A stretch of DNA of 64,000 bases, from positions 687-64,686 of the forward strand of contig JBBUDU010000002.1 in the NCBI GenBank assembly GCA_038057125.1. The letters run 5' to 3'. Of the stretch, positions 58,558-64,000 are shown piece after piece. The translations under genes were made by a program, and so were the position numbers. The stretch is from Patescibacteria group bacterium. GTDB taxonomy: Bacteria; Patescibacteriota; Minisyncoccia; Phycocordibacterales; UBA1550. Numbering within the stretch: position 1 is the first letter of the stretch; every line of letters starts with the position of its first letter. The notes below the pieces were generated by a model. That model saw only the letters and a list, made by a program, of their open reading frames with translations. It had not been told where the DNA came from and ran no database searches.

Positions 58558-58989
58558 CTATGCAGTTTCTACGCGACGCACGATGCGTGTCTTGAGCGGA
58601 AGCTTTGCTCCTGCCTTGCGGAGCGCCTTTATCGCAAGCGCTTCATCAATACCGTCTACTTCAAAAAGCATGCGACCAGGGCGAACCTCAAACACGTATC
58701 CTTGAAGATCCCCTTTACCCTTACCCATGGCTACCTGTGTTCCCTTTTGCGTATATGGGCGGTCCGGGAAAATACGAATCCACATCTTTCCGACTTTAGT
58801 AATAGTGCGAACAATAACTTTGCGCGATGCTTCAATTTGGTTTGACTTCACACGCGCCGATGTCTCGGCCTTGAGACCGAAAGAACCAAACGCAAGCGTG
58901 ATGCCACGGGTTTCAGGCGAAGCCAAACGAGCCTTGCTCTTGCGGCCGTTTTGCCATTTTCGGAATTTTACTTTCTTTGGGAATAACAT
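58558..58989 (-). CDS. rplP: 50S ribosomal protein L16
   Basis: MLFPKKVKFRKWQNGR canonical start. Confidence 0.95.
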   Translation of the reverse strand: MLFPKKVKFRKWQNGRKSKARLASPETRGITLAFGSFGLKAETSARVKSNQIEASRKVIVRTITKVGKMWIRIFPDRPYTQKGTQVAMGKGKGDLQGYVFEVRPGRMLFEVDGIDEALAIKALRKAGAKLPLKTRIVRRVETA

Positions 58990-59008
58990 GATAGTGTATT
59001 AAAAATTT

Positions 59009-59719
59009 TTATCCACGAATCTGGTGACTCGCTTGCGCTTCAGGCACAACAAGCTTCTTCTTGCTGTCTTGAAAAATCTGACCCTTGTAAACCCAAACCT
59101 TGACGCCTATTGCCCCATAAGGAAGACGAGCGGTGTTCCTTGCATAGTCGATATCAGCGCGAAATGTCTGAAGCGGAATACCTCCGCGACGAATCTGCTC
59201 GTAGCGTGCCATTTCAGCTCCACCAAGGCGACCTGAGATAGCAATGCGAGCACCCAAAACATCGCGGTTCGCCATTACCTTTTCGATCATCTGCTTCAAA
59301 ATCATTCGGAAAGGGAGGCGCTTTTCAAGCCCCTCACAAACCATTTCCGAAACAACAGTGGCATTGCCCTCCGGTGAACGAACTTCCTCGATGTCCAGCT
59401 TGAAATCTTTTGGAATATCGAGCTTGAGGCGGAATGCTTCTTTCAAAATATCATTCTTGAGCTTTACTGACCCCTCTCCTGCGCGACCAATAACCATACC
59501 GGGGCGCGCTGTCTTTATGAGGATGCGAAATGTCTTTGCATTGCGTTCTATTTCAGTACCGGCAATATAGCTTCCGCGAAGACGCTTGTCGAGGAATTTG
59601 CGAATAAGGATATCCCCTTTGAGGAATTTCTTGTACTCATCTTTTGCGCCAAACCAGCGTGACTTCCAGTCACGGATTATTCCCAAACGATGCGCATATG
59701 GATGTACGATGTGTGTCAT
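59009..59719 (-). CDS. rpsC: 30S ribosomal protein S3
   Basis: KH domain plus S3 C-domain, 236 aa. Confidence 0.93.
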   Translation of the reverse strand: MTHIVHPYAHRLGIIRDWKSRWFGAKDEYKKFLKGDILIRKFLDKRLRGSYIAGTEIERNAKTFRILIKTARPGMVIGRAGEGSVKLKNDILKEAFRLKLDIPKDFKLDIEEVRSPEGNATVVSEMVCEGLEKRLPFRMILKQMIEKVMANRDVLGARIAISGRLGGAEMARYEQIRRGGIPLQTFRADIDYARNTARLPYGAIGVKVWVYKGQIFQDSKKKLVVPEAQASHQIRG

Positions 59720-59720
59720 G

Positions 59721-60170
59721 TTATTTTGTCTTTTTTGCTGATTTCGGTTTTGCGGCTGCCTTTACTTTCGCAAACGCTACTTTTTTCGAAATTGGCTTTG
59801 CGGTAATTTCAACTTTTGACTTTTCGCCTTTCACTTCAGCGTCCACCTTTGCAATAAGCTCAATCATAATATGGCTCGTGTGCTTGTGAATAGGGTGCGC
59901 TGTGCCATGGGCCTTTGGCATTGAGCGCTTGAGAATCGGACCCTGATCAACGCGAATTTCTTTTACAAAAAGATCGGCAAGAGAAATTCCGTTATTTTCT
60001 TTTGCATTTGCGACAGCCGACATTAAAAGTTTCTTCATTGGACCGGATGCGCGTTTTGGGAGAACATCAAGCTCAACTAAAGCACGTGGAACGGTTTTCC
60101 CTTTGATTAGATTTGCCACAAGGCGAACCTTGCGTGGCGCTTGACGATAACTTTTTAGAAAGGCTTTCAT
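59721..60170 (-). CDS. rplV: 50S ribosomal protein L22 (Lys/Ala-rich C-extension)
   Basis: L22 core plus KAK-rich tail. Confidence 0.9.
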   Translation of the reverse strand: MKAFLKSYRQAPRKVRLVANLIKGKTVPRALVELDVLPKRASGPMKKLLMSAVANAKENNGISLADLFVKEIRVDQGPILKRSMPKAHGTAHPIHKHTSHIMIELIAKVDAEVKGEKSKVEITAKPISKKVAFAKVKAAAKPKSAKKTK

Positions 60171-60183
60171 GTTTATTTCTTAA

Positions 60184-60525
60184 CTATTTTTTAGCTGGAA
60201 CTTCAGATTTTGCGGCGGCTGCAGCGGCAATTTCGCCTTCTTTCTTCTTCTGTTCAAGCTCCTTCTGCATCTTGCCTCCGTGTCGCGTAAATTTCTTTGT
60301 AGGAGAAAACTCTCCGAGTCTGTGTCCAACCATATCTTCAGTCACTCGGACTTCAACATGAACTTTGCCATTGTACACGCCGAAAAGAAATCCGACCATT
60401 TCAGGGGAAATCTGGCTCGCGCGCGCCCAAGTTTTTATCATTTCGGCTGTTTGCGCGCTTTTACCCACCAATTTCTCCAAAAGTCTCGGATCAATATGTG
60501 GGCCTTTTTTGAGTGATCGTGTCAT
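60184..60525 (-). CDS. rpsS: 30S ribosomal protein S19 (C-terminal extension)
   Basis: MTRSLKKGPHIDPRLLEKL canonical start. Confidence 0.93.
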   Translation of the reverse strand: MTRSLKKGPHIDPRLLEKLVGKSAQTAEMIKTWARASQISPEMVGFLFGVYNGKVHVEVRVTEDMVGHRLGEFSPTKKFTRHGGKMQKELEQKKKEGEIAAAAAAKSEVPAKK

Positions 60526-60600
60526 AGTAAATTAAAACGAGCTCGGATGAACTTCGATATGCATCTTATCAGATTGTATAGGAATGTCAAATTTATGTAT

Positions 60601-60650
60601 AACCCCACCCACTTTTGCACTCATTTGCAAAAGTGGGTGGGGTTATACAC
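60601..60650. other. 22 bp perfect hairpin in the divergent region between rpsS and the inserted plus-strand gene
   Basis: gtataaccccacccacttttgca ctcatt tgcaaaagtgggtggggttatac. Confidence 0.5.
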
Positions 60651-60713
60651 TTCCTTGCGCAATGCGAATGAGTGTGATATGGTTGGTTTTGGGAATGTTC
60701 CCGTGCCTACTTA

Positions 60714-61301
60714 TTGAAAGGAATTACCATGAAAACGCAAGTAGCTTCAGCTGTATCGACAGCAGGCTGCCTGATCGCTGGACTCACTGGCGTTCAGGCA
60801 ATTGATCAACTTGACCTCGGTCCGATCAAGGTCAAACTCATGCGCGAGGATGGTGAAAACTGGTCTCTCGAGCAAGTAAATATGGCCGAGAAGTGGTACA
60901 AACGGTTCTTGTTTCTGAACCTTATGCATCCATCATTGTCGATTGTGCCTACCAAGGTGATTGATACATTTTGGCACTACCACATTCTTGACACAATGAA
61001 GTACGCCAAGGATTGCCAAAACGTATTTGGCTACTTCCTGCATCACTTCCCGTATTTTGGCATGCGCGGTGATGAAGATGCCAAAAATCTCGATGATGCA
61101 TTCGCGAATACAAAAGACCTCTTTCATCGCGAATTTGGTGAACCCATCAGCGAACTCAGGAAAGTTTTTGCATTCGCCGAGAGCGAAGTATCTGCAGACT
61201 GCGAAGGTACAGAGTGTGGTGGTACGGCATGCGGAAGTTCCAACTGCGACGGCAAGATTAGCGGTATAGATTTCCATACAAGGCCGGTTTTCCTTCAGTA
61301 A
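60714..61301 (+). CDS. hypothetical secreted/membrane protein with WHYHIL motif and Cys/Gly-rich C-terminus
   Basis: N-terminal hydrophobic segment, FWHYHILDT...LHHFPYFG (WHxHxL resembles DUF1399-like proteins), C-terminal CEGTECGGTACGSSNCDG. Confidence 0.4.
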   Translation: MKGITMKTQVASAVSTAGCLIAGLTGVQAIDQLDLGPIKVKLMREDGENWSLEQVNMAEKWYKRFLFLNLMHPSLSIVPTKVIDTFWHYHILDTMKYAKDCQNVFGYFLHHFPYFGMRGDEDAKNLDDAFANTKDLFHREFGEPISELRKVFAFAESEVSADCEGTECGGTACGSSNCDGKISGIDFHTRPVFLQ

Positions 61302-61362
61302 CCGTTTTTACGGTAACCACTATTTCTTTTAGGTAAGGAATAGTGGTTTATTTTTTTATAAT

Positions 61363-62289
61363 TTACGCGCCATGAAGTTTTGTATCAGGGAGTGTATCGT
61401 CGTTTTTTAAAAACCGATCAAACCAAGAGATTGTCATTTTTGTAGATTCATCTTTGTGTTCCGTTAATGAGTGGTCTGCCCCCTCAAAAATTACTAGGCG
61501 GTGTGGGATATGAAGTGCTAGAAGTTTTTGAGAAAGCTCTATGGAATCGAGAGGACTCACGCGCCAATCAGATCCGCCGTGCATAATGAGAAGAGGTGCT
61601 TTTTTGTAAAATAGGTGTGACCAAAAGATAGCTGATCTTTTCTTTTTTTCCACTAGATTTCCGCCAAACATTTTTTTGAAGTGTTCTTTCATCTCGGGTC
61701 TGAGTTTTTCCTGACGAATTAAGTTGGTCATACCACCCACTGTTACCGCAGCTTTTATCCATTTTACTTTTGCTAGAGCAAGGTAGGTCATAGAGCCACC
61801 ACGGCTTGGTCCGTACATACCGATTTTGTTAGGGTTTGCTCTGCTATATTTTTTTAATATTTTTTGTAGAACGAGAACATCCTCAATGTCTGATCCACCC
61901 ATCTCATCCTTTCCTTCACTTCCCGCGTTACCTGAATACTGAGAGGCTATAACAATATAGTTATTCAGTGCCAATTCTGCTGGTAGCCTTGTAAATAGAG
62001 TTCCAACTTTAATTGCTCCAAATTCACCCGACCCTCCTCTATTATAAATGACACATGGGAAATTGTTCCCATTTTGCGGTTCAATTATAAAACCAGCAAC
62101 TTTATGCCCCTGTGAACGATATACAATCCTGTATACAAAAATACTCTCAGCGTTATTTTTTGCTATTTTTGCAGTAATAGGACCAACAATGCCCCCAAGC
62201 TCTTTTGTAAAAAGAATTCGTCTTACTTCTATGATTCCTGGGGTCTTGCGGATGAGCTCAGAGTTGTCTTTGTTTTGCATTTCCAACAT
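61363..62289 (-). CDS. alpha/beta hydrolase, S9 prolyl-oligopeptidase/dienelactone-hydrolase-like serine peptidase
   Basis: GxSxG nucleophile elbow GMYGPSRGGSMT. C-terminal catalytic D and H regions. Confidence 0.7.
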   Translation of the reverse strand: MLEMQNKDNSELIRKTPGIIEVRRILFTKELGGIVGPITAKIAKNNAESIFVYRIVYRSQGHKVAGFIIEPQNGNNFPCVIYNRGGSGEFGAIKVGTLFTRLPAELALNNYIVIASQYSGNAGSEGKDEMGGSDIEDVLVLQKILKKYSRANPNKIGMYGPSRGGSMTYLALAKVKWIKAAVTVGGMTNLIRQEKLRPEMKEHFKKMFGGNLVEKKKRSAIFWSHLFYKKAPLLIMHGGSDWRVSPLDSIELSQKLLALHIPHRLVIFEGADHSLTEHKDESTKMTISWFDRFLKNDDTLPDTKLHGA

Positions 62290-62481
62290 TATACTATATA
62301 TTTCAAAAATTCATCTATTTTTCTTTGAACAATGGGAACATTTGGGACACAGAGAACGAATGGAACAAAACAGCTATTGCTGTGGTTTTAAAACAGGATT
62401 CCCGTGATGCTTTGTCCACTGTATGCCGTCTGAGGATGTCGCATATCTTAAATTGACCCTACTGCGTTCCAAGTCTTATAC

Positions 62482-63419
62482 TTAAAACTGCCAGAATCGA
62501 GTCCTTGGTCGGCAGTCCGCAAGACATGAGGAGCTTGTTTCTTCACCCGCAGTACATACACCATCTCCACAAACAGGGTTCCCCGGAGTAGCTGTACATG
62601 TCGTTAAAACAGGACCGCACGCTTGTGTTATAGGAGAAGCAGGGACAGAGCCATCTGAACATGCTCCTGTTTCTACGCCAATAACATTACGAGGTGATGG
62701 ATTACCAATACACGATGTGACACAAGGACCCCAAAAGAAAGTTGGATTTGTTTGTGTGCATGACAAACCGGAAACAATTGGGGGATTTGGAATAGGAACT
62801 CCGCCAACAGTCGGCGCGAAATCAACCCAGCCGACAACACCAATTCCCGGCACAGCGTCTGACCCACCCCATGCAAAACCGGAAAATATTCCTGTAGCGG
62901 TGTTAATAGCTACTCCGTTTGTCCATGTGCCGGAAAGTTTAATCCATCCGTCCCATCCACCTGCCGCATCCCCTGCGCCTGAACCCGTGCAATTACCAGA
63001 ACCATCTACGAGATTATTTTGGCAAGCTGATAAAGCGCGCGCCCAGCCTGTCACGATACCAGTAGACCAGTCCACTTCTGCAATTGACCCTCCTCCGCCA
63101 TTAAATGGTGCCGACGGAGGATTGCCAGTCGCGATACGGTCAAAACTAATCCACCCGATATTTTCGTTCCATGCATTTCCAGAAAAGACACCTATGCCTG
63201 ACATCGGACTTATATTCACTCCATACGATACTGCAGAGCCGTCAGTTGTGTTGTTTAAACTTATCCAGCCAATGTTTTCGCTCCATGCATAGCCGGAAAC
63301 ATTGTCACTGACTCCAGCTTCAGCTTTTTGTACAGACACCGAACTTGGATTTGCAAGATATACCATGTATCCAATACCGGTAATAATTACAACGGCAAGC
63401 ACATTCCGCAACGAATGCA
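62482..63419 (-). CDS. secreted Gly/Trp-rich repeat protein with Cys-rich C-terminus
   Basis: Signal/TM, then repeats G(F/Y)AWSENIGWIS(L/F), then C-terminal Cys cluster. Start re-set to ATG 63419. Confidence 0.5.
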
Positions 63420-63559
63420 TTGATAGTGTTCTCATAAAGAATAGTATACCACTTGAAAACAAAACAAGCGACAAAAGGTGGGGATAACAAAAGAAAATAA
63501 AAAGCTCCGGCCTTTTTGATTCCAAAAAGGCCGGAGCTTTTTATTTTCTTTTGTAGGCT

Positions 63560-64000
63560 TTATTTTACCTGTTTCGCTTTGCGTCTTGAAACGATAAGTT
63601 TGTTTGAGTATTTCTTTGGGGAACGAGTCTTGCGTCCTCCGGTAACCTTGCCGTATGAGGTCTTTGGACGTTTTGTGCCGCGTCCTTGGCGTCCTTCTCC
63701 TCCGCCGTATGGGTGATCCACAGGGTTCATGGCTGTACCGCGAACCGTTGGGCGAATACCGAGCCAACGATTACGCCCAGCCTTACCGATATTACGATGC
63801 TTGTATTCCTCGTTGGAAACAGCGCCGATTGATGCCCATACATTTTCAGAAACCGCTCGAATCTCGCCTGATGGCATTTTCAAATGGCTCTGCCCTCTGT
63901 CGTTTGCCACTACTTCAGCGTAGTTTCCTGCTGAACGAGCAATACGCGCACCGCCGTTTGGCTGAAGCTCGATGTTAAATACAAATGTGCCAACAGGAAC
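63560..64000 (-). CDS. rplB: 50S ribosomal protein L2 (C-terminal part; gene continues beyond window edge)
   Basis: ...GRNRWLGIRPTVRGTAMNPVDHPYGGGEGR... conserved L2 C-terminus. Upstream frame stays open to the window end. Confidence 0.9.
   Translation of the reverse strand, partial: VPVGTFVFNIELQPNGGARIARSAGNYAEVVANDRGQSHLKMPSGEIRAVSENVWASIGAVSNEEYKHRNIGKAGRNRWLGIRPTVRGTAMNPVDHPYGGGEGRQGRGTKRPKTSYGKVTGGRKTRSPKKYSNKLIVSRRKAKQVK

Overview
This 64 kb window reads like a small Patescibacteria/CPR-type genome segment; that taxonomic call is an inference from gene content and layout, not a search result. No homology searches or folding computations were run; all calls are from reading the sequence and the supplied ORF track.

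Main content, in order:
- partial tRNA-Met(CAT) at the left edge, then a membrane-anchored HEPN/DUF4145-like protein
- gatA, gatC, ligA
- a complete minus-strand type IV pilus locus (1-based coordinates ~4.6-17.1 kb): minor pilins, prepilin peptidase, two tandem major pilins, PilC, PilT, a CheY-like receiver, PilB, PilO/N-like proteins, PilM
- comFC, tRNA-Ser(GCT), pgsA-like transferase, M3 peptidase, recG
- tRNA-Ile with anticodon UAU, a VanY-like peptidase, VKOR, ftsH
- smpB followed by a one-piece tmRNA (ssrA)
- an accessory stretch (~28-50 kb): Big_2/PG-binding protein, infC-rpmI-rplT, LOG-like protein, beta-CASP RNase, PaaX-like regulator, ndk, a large HerA/VirB4-like ATPase, a GT4 glycosyltransferase, two duplicated modules and a third lone paralog of a Cys-rich secreted protein family (one module copy carries a small helical-repeat TM protein), and a GNAT / small-peptide / HExxH / lipoprotein island
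- the map-adk-secY-rplO...rpsS-rplB ribosomal block on the minus strand, interrupted by two insertions

The main unexplained signals are three small non-coding repeat families (called R1, R2, R3 below), half-tRNA and inverted 3'-end copies around tRNA-Ile, tRNA-Ser and the tmRNA, and an array of four degenerate structured units just downstream of the tmRNA.
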